Positions 33,745 to 46,875 of a stretch of DNA of 64,000 nt are shown here, piece by piece. Made by a program: the position numbers and the translations under genes. The first letter of the stretch is position 1, and every line of letters begins with the position of its first letter. The notes under the pieces are model-generated. The model was not told where the DNA came from. It worked only from the letters and a program-made list of their open reading frames with translations, and made no database searches. The stretch comes from Lepidodermella squamata. Taxonomy: Eukaryota > Animalia > Gastrotricha. The stretch lies in contig JBLDXI010000084.1 of the NCBI GenBank assembly GCA_047495785.1, forward strand, positions 49,964 to 113,963, read 5' to 3'.

Positions 33745-36700
33745 ATGTCGTTCGACGTCAAGTCTTTCCGGATGCAGTGGCTGTTCCGCAAGAAGCGGTT
33801 CGATCTGACGAACATGGAGACGTCGCAGTTGTCGCGGTGCCTCGGCCTCATCGAGTTGACAGCCCTCGGCATCGGCGCCACGCTCGGAGCCGGTATCTAC
33901 GTCGTCACGCCCGACTCTGTGCGAACAGCTGTAAGCTGCAACAACATTGTACTATTGAGGTGCAGATGTATTACGCTTTTTGGTTTGAAAACAGGGCGGT
34001 CCAGCCATGTGCATTTCGTTTCTGATCGCTGCCATCGCGTCGGTGCTCTCCGGCCTGTGCTACGCCGAACTGGGTGCTCGAGTGCCACGTGCCGGCTCAG
34101 CCTACGTCTATTCGTACGTTGATTCGTATCAACCTTACAACTGTTCATTCATTTTTTTTTCAAATTCTAGTTATGTGGCTGTGGGTGAATTCTGGGCTTT
34201 CGTCGTCGGCTGGAACATGATTCTAGAGTACGTCATTGGCACGGCGTCAGTCGCCCGCGCCGGCGTCACCTACGTGGACGTCCTGGCGAATGACGCGTTG
34301 AAAACGGCCTTCTCATCCGCCTTCCCCATCAACATTTCGTTTTTGGGCGCCTACTTCGACCCGCTCGCTTTCGGCATCACAATGTTCCTTACTGGTAAGT
34401 TTGTTTTTCCACCGACCGAAGTCCACCGTGTTTTAGGAATAATGATTTGTATTATTTGATTTGCAATGTGATTTGAGAGAACACCTTTACTAGCAATGCT
34501 GTTGCTACTGGTGTAGTATATAAGTGGTCGAACATTGCCCGGCTAATTCGGCATCTGCGGGCTTTAACGCGGGGCCGTGTAGTATTTCGCATGTATAATA
34601 TTATTATATAAGTAGAGGTACCTCCTGCGCTGCGTTTTTCTCTTTTGTTTCAGCTGCTCGCTCGCTTGCGCATTGCCGATTCATGCCTAGCTGTGCTGTG
34701 CTGTGTATGTGTATGCGCCTTGCGTACGCTGAAACGATCATAGAACATTGAACGTTTGCTCGTAGTAGGTACCTTCATAAGAAAGAAAGATGCTGCTGCT
34801 GCTGCTTGTGATACTGAATAGTACGTACCTACTAGGTTGGTTGGTTGGTACCAGCGCATATAGCCGTCTGCTGCTAAAGATAACTACTTATTGCTTGTTA
34901 GTAATAATAATAATAACAATACCGACTCGCAAAGGATACCTCAAGGCCAACTACATACTACTACTGACTTGGGATGATGATGATGATGTAGGTAGGGTGA
35001 GTTACCACCAATTGGTACATACATACCAACCACCGAGTAACTAACTGTGTACAGACAGACGAACGGACGGCATGCGTTGGCGCGAGGAGTCATCATCTCG
35101 TTTAGGTAGGTGCACGTGCCGCCGCGTGTTTCACAGTCTCGTAATAGTAGTAGAACAAATGAATGAATGAATGAATGACGGATTGAATTAGCACTGGAAT
35201 AGCCGATCTACCGCTGGCTGATTGGTGCGCTTATTAGTTAGTGATCGACGGCAGGCGGCTATACTTGAACTTGACAAAACTATTACTAGGAGATAACATA
35301 GCAAGCTAGATGATTTCGGGGATAAATTATAACGAGCCACGTGTAGTTCTCCTATTGCAGGTGATTTGAGTCTCCGTTTAATTAGGCAGAATTCCCGCTT
35401 CCTGCGCTGCAGGCTATTTCCTACTGCTGCTGCTGCTGCTGCTGCTGCTTGTAAGGCACGCGGCGTTTGATAGATCAACGAGAGAAGCGTACGTTTTTAC
35501 AATTTCCATCGATTAGCTGGTTTGTTATAACAAACAGCAAGCTGCCTAATAAAACCCACAAAAACGTGTGATAATAAAATCACCAAGTCGGTAATTAGTA
35601 ATAATTAGAAGCCGCGTCTGAATTTTGTGTACTGTGTTTCCGGCGGTGATCCTGATCTTATTATTATTATTATTATCACATTATTATTTTGAAACAGTGC
35701 TTTTGGCGGTGGGTGTCAGTGAATCGACGTTCGTTAACAACGTGCTCGTCATCATCAACACCGGCATTTTATGTGAGTTCACGCACAGATCAGAGAAGAT
35801 GACAATGAAATATTACAAAATATTACAAAATATACAGGCTACGTCATTGTTGTTGGGTTGGTGTACGCTGAACCCGCCAACTGGGCGCTCACCCTCGAAC
35901 AGGTTCGAACATTTCGAACAGTTTCGAACATTTAATCAAGTACATCATCAATGATCAGTGTGTGTGAGAGAATGATTGATCAAAATTGAGAGAAATTTAG
36001 TAATACCTAACTGTTGAATATTATGATGTGCACAACAGGTTCAGTACGAGACTGGTACGAATGGAACACAGTTTGGCACGGGTGGCTTTATGCCGTACGG
36101 CTTTGGCGGGGTCATGACGGCTGCGTCGGCTGCCTTCTACTCGTTCGTCGGCTTCGACTGCATCGCGACAACCGGCGAGGAGGTGGCGAATCCGCGCCGC
36201 AACATCCCCCTCTCGATCGTGCTGTCGCTGACGGTGTGCGCCGTCGCCTACTTCGCCGTCTCGGTCGTCTTCACCCTCGACACGCCCTACTACAACTTGT
36301 CGTCGAAAACGCTGCTGCCCGCCGTGCCCTATGGCAAGGTATGATGAGTCTATTGTCGTCTATTGCCGCCGCTGCTATCATTTCTAATATCTTTCTATTA
36401 ACATTACTCTGACAACCGCTCGAGTACTCATGAATAATCTTGAATGTAAATTATAGCCAAAAGTTAACTAATTGCTCGTTTTATTCCGCTGGAACTTGAA
36501 ATTTGAACTTGCACAACTTGAGTCCAAATTCAAAAAAAAGAAGAATCGGTTTGCAGTTGAAGTTGGGTCTACAGGAGATGAAGCTTGAGAGTAAGTACAC
36601 CAGTGATATATAAGGAGGACGTCTGTGGGTACCGCCACTACGTTACTATGTTAGGCGCTAAGATAAGTTGCTGAAATTGTTCTGTTTCGTCGTAATTCGT

Positions 36701-39700
36701 CCTCCCATCTCTCCATCTCTGTGCGCGTTAAAGAGAAGGAAGGAGCCGTGACACACTATAGAGGTATGTAATAGGGGCAATGTCGCCTTGGTATGTAGTA
36801 GCGCCTTTCGCCACACTTGCGTAGAAGCGCTTCCGGGCCCACCATGTAGAAGACGGTGACGACGGCCAGCAGCCTCGACCTTGCCACCAAGCAGCGGCTG
36901 TTGCTGATCGCTGCAACAAAGGCGTCGTGCTGCTGTTGCGAACCGATGGCAAAACAAATTCTAAATACAAAATTTTTTAAATTGTAAATGTTAAAATGTT
37001 AAGATGAGACTTGGAGTATATGTACTATGTGAATGAGATGCAAGAGTACATGGCCTGTGTGCAATGTAAAACATTGAAACCACGGACGAAGATTTTAGGG
37101 TGTTGGGCACTTGGGTTGAGCCGCGGGCTTTCAGCAACTCGGCGTCTTCAAGGCGACGGAACGCAATAGTCGGCGTTGATGGTGATCGCGTGATACACCG
37201 TCGCCTTGCCGGTGAGCTCCTGCCTAACCACCTCGTACTTGGCCGTGATGCCAAGCACGAGGGCCAGCTTGGCGCCGACCTTGCCCTGCTGCGGCAGCAG
37301 CGACACCGCGAGGGAACGGCAAGCAATCGTCAGCATCATAAAATTGAATTTAAATTTAAATTGTGATTATTTTCTTGGATGTTGACGTTATATTCGTTGA
37401 TCAACATTGGTCGTCTCATAGATTTCATAGAATAATAATTATTGCATTCAGATAAAACTAAGGCTTCTTCAGTAACGAAGATACTTATTAGATGGGTCGG
37501 TAACAGGTATATTGGTGAAGCATCTAATTTTCCGTCTTCAGACTTATATCAATTGACTGCGTTGACGCTTTGCGAAGATGGCTCATCAAGATTATCAAGA
37601 ATTTCTTCTTTAAAATCATTGAAATTTTCACACTCAACGAGATTCAATAATTCAGATTTTGTCATGATATAAGAATTGTGATGCCATTCGCCTATACTTC
37701 TGCTATGATGAATATTATTAGGTATATGAAGGAACAGCTTAATTCGAATATTCCATTTGATAGTAACCTCAAGGCAGCGGTAGGCAGGGGAATTCGCAGG
37801 GGAATCGATTAGCGAACGACTAGGTATCGCAGCAACGAATAGATCGCACCGAAGGGCTTTCAAACAGTTTATATAGCGGTCTAACCAGTTTCTCCAGCAC
37901 AATCTTCACCGGCTGGTAGTTTACAGGAAAAGCTAAAGAGGCTGAAGGTTCCTTCTAAATCAAACACTTCCACCACTCACCACAGTAATTATGCGGCCAA
38001 TGAATTATGCCGCGAACTGCTGAAAATTGGCCGTTGTTCTGCTGAAAACTGGAAGCTGCAATTATCGGCATGAATTCCACGCCGAATTGGACGAAAATGT
38101 GTCCCTGAAAGAGAAAGAGAAAGACTGGGTAGAGGAAGATTGCTTTAAATAAAATGAGGGCAGGCACGTGCTGCGGGTGGAAAGAAAGCAGCGTGCGAGC
38201 CCCAGTGCGAACGAGCCCATCAGCCTTAAACAAAAGCTGGAACGCATAGCACCAGATTGAGCGGCGCTTTAGAATAAAATCTGCATTTACTATTTCGAGC
38301 AGTTCAAACTCTTGCTGCCCCCGGATGATGACGTGTAGGCGCTGCTTAGTAGGGCTTTCGAGTGTCAAATAGCAGCGCCTGACTGGACGTTTGTCCTTTG
38401 GGTGTGGACAATGCCGGCCGGCTCGAAACCGACAACGGCGGCACCAGCTAGTGACAAGTTCACCTCACCGTCGCAACCGTCCAACGGCCGAACGAAGCGA
38501 TGATAATCGTCGTCCGAATACCGGAATGGCGGCGGCGAAGGCAAACTGAGCGCATCCTTCGGCTGTGCGACGATCGCGATCGACGACGCCTCCTTGAAAT
38601 CGAGCATGCGCCGATTGTGCGGCGGCACGATTTCGTCGGTGAAGCCCGTAGGAGACGTCGAGGGGACGCAAGCAGAGCGCACATCCGGCGGGAAGAAGCG
38701 CTCATTCTGGGCGGGGATTTCATTGAAAATGAAGAATTACTTCAGTTCCAATTTTAAGGTTTTTGAATACGCGATCAGACTGCAGCCAAGTCCACCATCG
38801 CTAACCTGGGATAAGAGAACTCGCAGGGTGGTCATCCGCCTCGGACTTGGCCGTGATGCCCCAAGCACGAGGAGGACCAGCTTGTCGCCGAATTTGGCTG
38901 CGCGGCGACCTTGACCTGCTGTGGCAGCAGCAGCAACTCCGCCAGGGAACGGCAGGACATCATCGGCATCATCATCGCCGGCATCCAGCTGTATGCCATC
39001 ACAAGTTCACACTGTTGTCTAATGTAGCACACATTTAATTTGCAAATCAAGTATAGTAAATGATAAAAACACACCATCGACGGCGTGCGGCAGCACCGAG
39101 TTTAGGAAGACTAAAAGCTCGGGCGTGACTGGTTTGAACTGAGGCAAAGGCTCATCGGCTGAAAATTACCGCAATGATTTAACACTCATACTTATATAGC
39201 CGAGATAATTTGATTTTTACCAGTGAGAAACGCAATTTGCTCCGCCGTCAACTGTCTAAATTCGGCGGGCGCAGCGTCCATCCCCTCTGCAGCAGCAGGC
39301 ACATCATGCTCTTCGAAAAAAGCAAATAAAGCAGATGGGTCGCGGTACTCCATTTCGTTACTCAAATCTAACCGAAATGAAAGAAATTGGTAAAAAAAAT
39401 TGTAACCTGATCTGAACCCACAAAACAGTTGAAACAAGTCTTATTGCCTTTCCAACTTTTATTTCAAGTATTATTTCCAGTATTGTATAAGTGGTAGTAT
39501 TATTTCCCGTCAAAAATCTTTTTAACATAATATGTGTTATACTGCAACAATAAGTCGTCAATAACAATAAGTAACAATAAGAATTTAATTTGCGAGGTAT
39601 ATAAATCAACACGTGTTATAGAATCACATTTTTCGGTAAAAAAATTGATTATTAATGAATTAATGAATAAGGTGCACCGGCCATCTATTTTAACTTTCGC

Positions 39701-40964
39701 TGATAAACGTTTGAAAGTTAAATCGAAAATGAAAAAAAGCAAAATACAGTCGTGCGGTATAAGATAGTACTTTCGACCAAGTTTGATTTTGATCGATGAT
39801 ATTGTGCATTTCATCAGCTAGTCGCAATCTAAATTAGATATTAGATTACGTCATGATCATTCAGACTAATTGTTGTTCGTTGATATTATTTTAGATTGTC
39901 GTGTCGATCGGTGCGATTCTGTGCGCGTCGACATCGCTGTTGGGCGGCATGTTCCCCCTGCCTCGTGTCATTTACGCGATGGCGGAAGACGGCCTGCTGT
40001 TTTCATTCCTCGCTAAAGTGAGCCCGCGCTTCAAGACGCCGCTCATCGCCACTTTCCTGTCTGGCTTTCTAACGGCCGGCTTCGCGTCCGTGTTCGACGT
40101 CGGCCAACTCGTCGACATGTTGTCGATTGGCACGCTGATGGCGTACTCGCTCGTCGCCGCCTCTGTCCTTGTGCTGCGTTACAAGCAGACGTTCCTCGAC
40201 ATCGTCGATGACGATGACGACGACGACGACGACGACGACAAGGCGGTGAGCGAATACGGCGCGACGAACAACTCGGACACGATGCCACTCGGCGGCGGCG
40301 GCGTCGTCGCCACACCGACGTCGGCGGCGGATGCGACGGCGAAAGACTACCTGCGGGCGGCGTTCGATTTCACGGCGCGGTCGAACCCGCCGACGCCGAA
40401 CGCGTTCACCGAGTTCCTCGCCATCCTGCTCTGCTGCGCGTGCACCGTCACCATGTTCTTCACCGTGTTCTTCGCGATGGTACTCGTGACGATGGCGCAC
40501 GGCAACCTGTGGCCGCTCGGCTTCATCATCCTCTTCGCCCTGATGTCTCTCGTCATCGGCATTCGGTTGTACCGTCTGCCGCAGGTATGAATACATGCAT
40601 TTTTGAGCTGATGTCAGATTGATTGATTGATCTGATTGTTTAGAACCGCCGCTTCTCGACGTTCCAAGTGCCGTGGGTGCCGGCGCTGCCACTGCTGGCG
40701 CTCGGCGTCAACTTCTACCTGCTGGTCAGCCTCAACGTGGACACGTGGATCCGGTTCGGCGTGTGGATGGCGCTCGGCTTCGTCATCTACTTCGGCTACG
40801 GCCTGTGGCAGTCGAAGGAGCGCGACAACGTCGGCGCCGCCCTCGCCGCCCCGCTCGCCTCCGCCTCGGCTTCGTCGTCACGCTCGTCATCCGCAGCCGC
40901 CGCAGCCGCAGCAGGTGCAACGACGACGACGCAGGTGCACAAGCGGCTGAGCGCAGATGAGTAA
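33745..40964 (+). CDS. Cationic amino-acid transporter (SLC7A1-4/slimfast family), ~8 exons: 33745-33930, 33995-34113, 34171-34394, ~35698-35772, ~35838-35902, ~36039-36338, 39895-40584, ~40643-40964
   Basis: [76 protein letters not shown]...TWIRFGVWM. Confidence 0.93.
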
Positions 40965-42077
40965 TGAATGATGCAACGTCACCTTATAGTAGTCACCTAA
41001 CACAAACACACTCAATCGCAGTCAACAATGCCTTCCTATTCCTGTTTAATACCTACCTATTTTGTTCAATTATTATTTCTTGATGTTGCAACTTGTACGC
41101 GTATTTTTAAATGATGCCATTGCAATTTTTGTGTTTTATTGATTCGCTTTACTACAAGGATTCTTCATCATCAACAACAACAACAACAACGGTGATTTCA
41201 TATTATTTAAAATGTGTACTTATGATTCAAGCTCTTGCAATACCAGCAACACGTTGATATTTCCGTATACCTAGAGTGATGATGATATACAATCAATTGT
41301 TTCATCTGTTTGAGGTAATGATGGCCAATAGTACCAAGTTGATGATGATGATGATAAGGCCAGCATTGCCGCTGATGTGATTTACTGACATGCCAACATG
41401 ACTTCTTACTTGTTCGTCTTTATCTTTCATTGACCGAGTGTCAAACTGTTTTTCATCATCAAATGCAACTGCTATTATTGCTATTATTATTATTATGGTT
41501 CCAATCAATTCCAATCGCCATGACGATGAGCGGCTATAGACGCAGGCCAAATTTTCTACTTTTAAACGCATGTTCAATGTTTGTAACAAGCTTGCGAGGT
41601 TTTTCTTGGCCGGGCTGCTGCAAAGAAATGCTATTTTTAGTAGTAGTATTATTATTATCTCACCGTGTTATATCGGTATTTTATTTATACATACTTACTC
41701 GTCGTTCTTCGTTTACATTTCAATTGATTGATTGATTGATTGATTAAAGAACCGGTTCTAAGGCAAACCACGACATTCGACTTGCTATGCTATGCTATGG
41801 TTGTTTGACATGGCACGGCAATTTTTAATGCATGCCTCGATTTGTTTTGTTTCGGTTGTTTTCAAACTTTTCTAATAATTAATTTATTGATTGCTATTAT
41901 TTTACTATCGCTGCTGCTGCTGCTGTTATCATTGTCAATGTTACAATTACCTACTGATGAATTGGAAAACTGCAGTTGAATAAATGAGAAAGTCTATTTT
42001 CATTCGATTGGATTCAGCCTTGCCATTCATTACTGATTGTTTTTTATAGGCCGTTGCTATATAATATAAAAACCAGA

Positions 42078-42458
42078 ATGCTGGCGGTGCAGCAACGTGT
42101 GTTGGCGACGCTGACGGCGACGACGAAAACCGTGCGCAAACACGTGCCGATGATCCGCTTCCGCAAGGCCGCCGGCGCCGCCCCCGCCGCATCGCCAAGC
42201 AGCAGCAACACCATGGCGACTTCCGCATCAGCGTCGGCTGCAGCTTCATCGACATCGACATCGTCGAGGAGCGGCCGGCTGGTGGCGCGCGTGCTGTCGT
42301 ACGACGACGCGCGGTTGGCGCCGCTGCGACTCCGCCGCTCGCCGCTCGCCGCCGACGAGATCGACGCCGTCAACTCGGGCGGCGCTTCCATCTTCTTCTC
42401 ACCACCGCCACCGTCGGCGCCGAAACAAGGCGCGGCCAAGACGACCAAGTCCAAGTGA
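42078..42458 (+). CDS. MRPS36: KGD4/MRPS36-like mitochondrial 2-oxoglutarate dehydrogenase adaptor
   Basis: Presequence-like N-terminus, HVPMIRF motif, low-complexity linker, C-terminal RLRRSPL..DEIDAVNSGG motif. Confidence 0.75.
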   Translation: MLAVQQRVLATLTATTKTVRKHVPMIRFRKAAGAAPAASPSSSNTMATSASASAAASSTSTSSRSGRLVARVLSYDDARLAPLRLRRSPLAADEIDAVNSGGASIFFSPPPPSAPKQGAAKTTKSK

Positions 42459-43586
42459 CCCCCAAGATTTATTCGCTAATCTAGAGACGAATCTTCCCCG
42501 CGCTCGCGAGCCCACTCTCGTCGTGTATTTTATGCCTGTTAGATTGAAAATGAATGACCACAACCCATCCTGAGCCATTCTATTTTTGACTAATTTTCTG
42601 ATCGAAACAAAGAAAAGAATAAAAGAATTCTGCGATTGTCGTAGCACATGGCTTTCACGTTTGCTTTTTTTTAAATGTAATTTGATGTAAATACGTACAG
42701 AGCACGCGAGTCTTCCACCTTGCCTTCCACGCAGACACAATCGAGGAGAAAAGACAGGAAAATCACGAAATGCATGCTATTCCAGAATAGATTATTTATT
42801 CAGAAATAGATTGTTTACCTGAGTTTTAATTACCTATAACTATCATAACATGGCATTTTTAACATCATCTTTATGTTATCATTGCCTTCATACTAATAGC
42901 CAACAATATTCAACAAAAGATGAGAAGAAGAAAGGCAAGACACTCAGGAGTACCCGTGAAGCAAGGCGGGACGATAATTGAATTCCGGTAAGCTCTCGTA
43001 GGTAGACCGGTAGCAAGCTACCTATCATGGTCATCAACAATTTTTTAATTTCACCAAAAAAGCTATGCAATTTTTGTCGCCGGGTAGTTCTATAGCAATC
43101 TATAGCCGAGCACCATAGGCCGCATAGCAAGCGCCCTTGCCTGATTCCGCGGCTGCTGGCTTCTAATCGCTACGCCGGTAGTTGCGCCCGTTGTGGCAGC
43201 CAGCGACAACAACGCGTACATGTCAGCATTCTGCAGCGTTTCGTACCAACGAACGTGGGCACGGTCGTGGGTTCGATTCCCGCATGCGAAGTAACCCGAA
43301 ATCGTCGCCTGATGTCGAATTAAACGCGGTTAGCGCTATTGCAACGCCCGCAACGCATAGCTGCAGAACATCGTTGCCGATGATCACTGCAATGCTTATT
43401 TCAGCCGATATTCACTAGATCAGCAGGGAAATGAGCACCATCGGCCGCATAGCAAGCGCCCTTGCCTGATTCCGCCGCTGCTGGCTTCTTATCGCTACGC
43501 CGGTAGTTGCGCCCGTTGTGGCAGCCAGTGACGACAGCGCGTACATGTCAGCATTCTGCAGCGTTTCGTACCAACGAACGTGGGCA

Positions 43587-45165
43587 CACTGTAAAAATTT
43601 GCACGGGTTTTGCTGGCGGAGGTTTAGCCAAAAAACAATTACAATACTAAAAGAATAATTACAACAGTCGTCGCACGAAAAAAGTCTGTTAACAATCGTT
43701 GTTGTAACGCTTCCTGCAGCTGTGAGACTCGACCACCCATCACAAAAGCAATTACAAAACCGAAATTGTTCTGATAACGGTTCCTGTAACGTTTCGGTGC
43801 AATGCCTCCCGGAATCTATAACTGCCATCCCGTCTAGTGAGATTTGAAATGGGCCAAAGAACACGCATTTTTGGGTCGGCAGTTCGCATTATTAGGGGTA
43901 ATAAAAATAACGCACGCGCGCGCACTGGCCACACTGGCATGCCACGTCGTTCGTTTTTACTTATTACGCTCGTCGTCATTCATAAAATAACGTTCGTTAG
44001 CTTAAGAGCTGAAGACTTTAACTCACGATTATTCTTATAACTTATCAATGATTTCTACCATGTCCTACAAGTGATTTGAGTGATTTGAAATTTGAAGGTA
44101 ATTTTGCCGCTCTTGAAATTAATGAAACTAAAATTGTATTCCAGCTAGGCTCCTATGGCTCATCCTCTGCGTCAAGCGCCAGCGGGAATTTAAATTCGGA
44201 TAATGCCTATCAGGTCGAGTTCGAAGCTTAGCTTTTTCAATTATTTCTCATTTCTTTCATACCAACAGGTAAAATCTTGTGCAGGCGCTCTGTGTACACC
44301 TTGACTGGACATCGGTCCTGGCATCCTTAATCCGAATAATGCTGCCCACTATTTCCCACAAAATCTCCTTCTCGATCCTGTGCATGATTTTATCTGAAGG
44401 TTGGTTTTGTTATTGCAACTACCTATATCTCGGACTTATTTTTTGTAATTCCAACATAGGAGTCGATCGATACCTGTTATCCGACTCGCTTAGTTTCGCT
44501 GTCACTTGGTACGGTTTGACTGCAGGAGACTTGAACGCAGCCCTCGAAGGATTTCAATGGGACAGCCTGGAGAAATGCGAAGGACATCCCCGAACCCGAG
44601 TTGTACAGCCCAGCTCGACTTCCATCTCTATCAAGCTGTCTGCTACTCATCGCAGAATTTCGACATCTCGTTTAGAACTACCTATATAGAGTGACCCTAG
44701 AGTGACCTGACTTGCTGTCTCGCTGACTGACTGAACTTTGACTGCGTGATCTTTCGACCTCTTCTCCATAGCACAGCTATTGCTAGACAATGCGCACTGT
44801 ATGTTTCTTGTTTTTCGATTTTGCACAATGTCTGGTGCCATAGATTTTCATTGAATTTTTGATTCTTATTCTAATTCAAAGTCTTTTGTTAAGATTTTCT
44901 TTACTTATATAATGCCCTACAATATTGCTTATATTACCTTATATTGCTCCTCAATAAAGTCAGACATGAATGGCAGAAAAACGACTTGTAATGGGTTTTA
45001 CAGGCACAAGGAAGTGTTACATTGAGGTGAGCACCGCGACGGGAAATTAACAGTTACACAACGGCTTTTCGTAATTCCTTTTGCAATGGGTTCTACTGTA
45101 CTTTTGTAATGCTAAGCTGTAACTGTTTTTTCATATAGTAAAAAATCGTTCAAATTTTTACAGTG
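43587..45165. mobile_element. Non-autonomous CACTA/EnSpm (CMC)-type DNA transposon, 1579 bp
   Basis: TIRs CACTGTAAAAATTTG(C/A)ACG (19 bp, 1 mismatch), 2-bp TSD CA when compared with empty monomers, subterminal repeats, no transposase ORF. Confidence 0.88.
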
Positions 45166-45563
45166 CACGGTCGTGGGTTCGATTCCCGCATGCGAAGTAA
45201 TCCGAAATCGTCGCCTGATGTCGAATTAAACGCGGTTAGCGCTATTGCAACGCCCGCAACGCATAGCTGCAGAACATCGTTGCCGATGAGCACTGCAATG
45301 CCTATTTCAGCCGATATTCACTTGATCAGCAGCGAAATGAGCACCATCGGCCGCATAGCAAGCGCCCTTGCCTGATTCCGCGGCTGCTGGCTTCTAATCG
45401 CTACGACGGTAGTTGCGCCCGTTGTGGCAGCCAGTGACGACAACGCGTACATGTCAGCATTCTGCAGCGATTCGTACCAACGAACGTGGGCACGGTCGTG
45501 GGTTCGATTCCCGCATGCGAAGTAACCCGAAATCGCCATGGCCCATCACAGCAAGCTCTCGCC

Positions 45564-46643
45564 ATGGCCCATCACAGCAAGCTCGTGGCTGTGTTCTTGG
45601 ACTTCAAGGCCGCCTTCGATACGGTCTGGCACGCAGGGCTTATACAAAAACTGATCGATTCTGGAGCCCCGGAGCCTTTGGTGCGATGGACAGCGAACTT
45701 CCTAGACGACCGATCGTTTCAGGTCCGAGTTGGAGACGAGCTCAGCGAATCAAGAAAAATCGGCTGCGGTGTGCCACAAGGTAGCCCGTTGAGTCCGCTG
45801 CTGTTCATATTTTACTGCGCGGATATGCAGCCTCCGGAGTCAAACCCTGACGACGGGAGAAAAGCGGTCGCCGCCGGGACCTACGCAGACGACGCCGCAA
45901 ACTGGGCATGGGGCCCGCATTACGAGCAGTGCGTTGTAAGACTACAAGCCCGCCTCCGATCCACCGAAGCGTGGTGCGCGAAATGGCGTCTAGAACTTAA
46001 TCCGGCGAAATGCGAAAGCATTCTAATCGGCCACACTGGCGCTTCGTCCCCGTCGGTTCTTCTCTCCATTGCTGGTCGACGAATCCCTCAAGTCAACGAA
46101 GTAAAATACCTAGGAATCACGATCACGGCGAAATTGTCGTGGGAACGCCACCTCGACCGTCTGTCTGCGAAGACGAAACCGCGAGCTGCCTGCCTCAGAG
46201 GAATAGCTTGTAGGCGCATTGTCCCCAGCGATCTTTGCATCATGTTCAGCCGAGTCCTCATCGACAGCTTGCTCACATATGGATCTCCAGCCTGGTACTG
46301 TCTGCCAAAAACCTCCGAACTGCGCCTTTTCAACTTTCAAGCACACGGGTTAAGAGCAGCAATGGATCTGCCATTTGAGTGCGATTCCTTCGGAGTCGTC
46401 GTCGAAGCGAAGGCGGCAGCAATCAGCGACGTCTTTGAGAAGCAACTGGAGCGCTATGGCGAACGCTGTCTCACCGCGGACAATGGCATGAAAGAGTACT
46501 TGCAGTATATCGCCAGTCAGCAGCCTGATGCCTTCGGCAAGCGGATGCTCGACCTACACTGTCCAGCCTGGCACCTACGCCGCAATGTCGCCCCCTCAAT
46601 GGCGCAAAATAAGAGAATCACAGATTTCTTCAACCCTCGATAG
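45564..46643 (+). CDS. C-terminal part of LINE reverse transcriptase (uninterrupted frame, N-terminus lost)
   Basis: FLDFKAAFDTVWH, GVPQGSPLSPLLF, YADD, KYLGITI motifs. Confidence 0.9.
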   Translation: MAHHSKLVAVFLDFKAAFDTVWHAGLIQKLIDSGAPEPLVRWTANFLDDRSFQVRVGDELSESRKIGCGVPQGSPLSPLLFIFYCADMQPPESNPDDGRKAVAAGTYADDAANWAWGPHYEQCVVRLQARLRSTEAWCAKWRLELNPAKCESILIGHTGASSPSVLLSIAGRRIPQVNEVKYLGITITAKLSWERHLDRLSAKTKPRAACLRGIACRRIVPSDLCIMFSRVLIDSLLTYGSPAWYCLPKTSELRLFNFQAHGLRAAMDLPFECDSFGVVVEAKAAAISDVFEKQLERYGERCLTADNGMKEYLQYIASQQPDAFGKRMLDLHCPAWHLRRNVAPSMAQNKRITDFFNPR

Positions 46644-46779
46644 CCTTTACTGCCTTGTTTTATTGTTGCGTTCCCTTGTTGAGCCTTTAGGTCCTTGGAG
46701 CCCCTGTGCACGAGCCCTAAGCCTTCCCGAACCTGGAACGTAAGTCACGTTAAATGAGCCTCTGTAATTTCTTGTTCCA

Positions 46780-46875
46780 GAGCCTGAGCCTGAGCCTGAG
46801 CCCTGAGCCTGAGCCTGAGCCTGACATCTAACACCGGATTCTTGAGCCTGAGCCCTGACCCTTTGAGCCTTCAGC
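46780..46875 (+). repeat. (GAGCCT)n microsatellite in LINE 3' UTR
   Basis: gagcctgagcctgagcctgagccctgagcctgagcctgagcctga plus degenerate copies. Confidence 0.85.

Noticed and set aside
14501-42454. Numerous Arg/Ala-rich antisense and off-frame ORFs over WAPL, SLC10-like, arrestin, SLC7 and KGD4 exons
   Set aside because: Shadows of GC-rich coding sequence
44279-44689. ORF inside the CACTA-type element as transposase
   Set aside because: No recognisable transposase motifs, short
45486-45563. Satellite-RT fusion protein (385-aa ORF start)
   Set aside because: N-terminal residues come from satellite plus junction duplication with a GTG start; chance open frame
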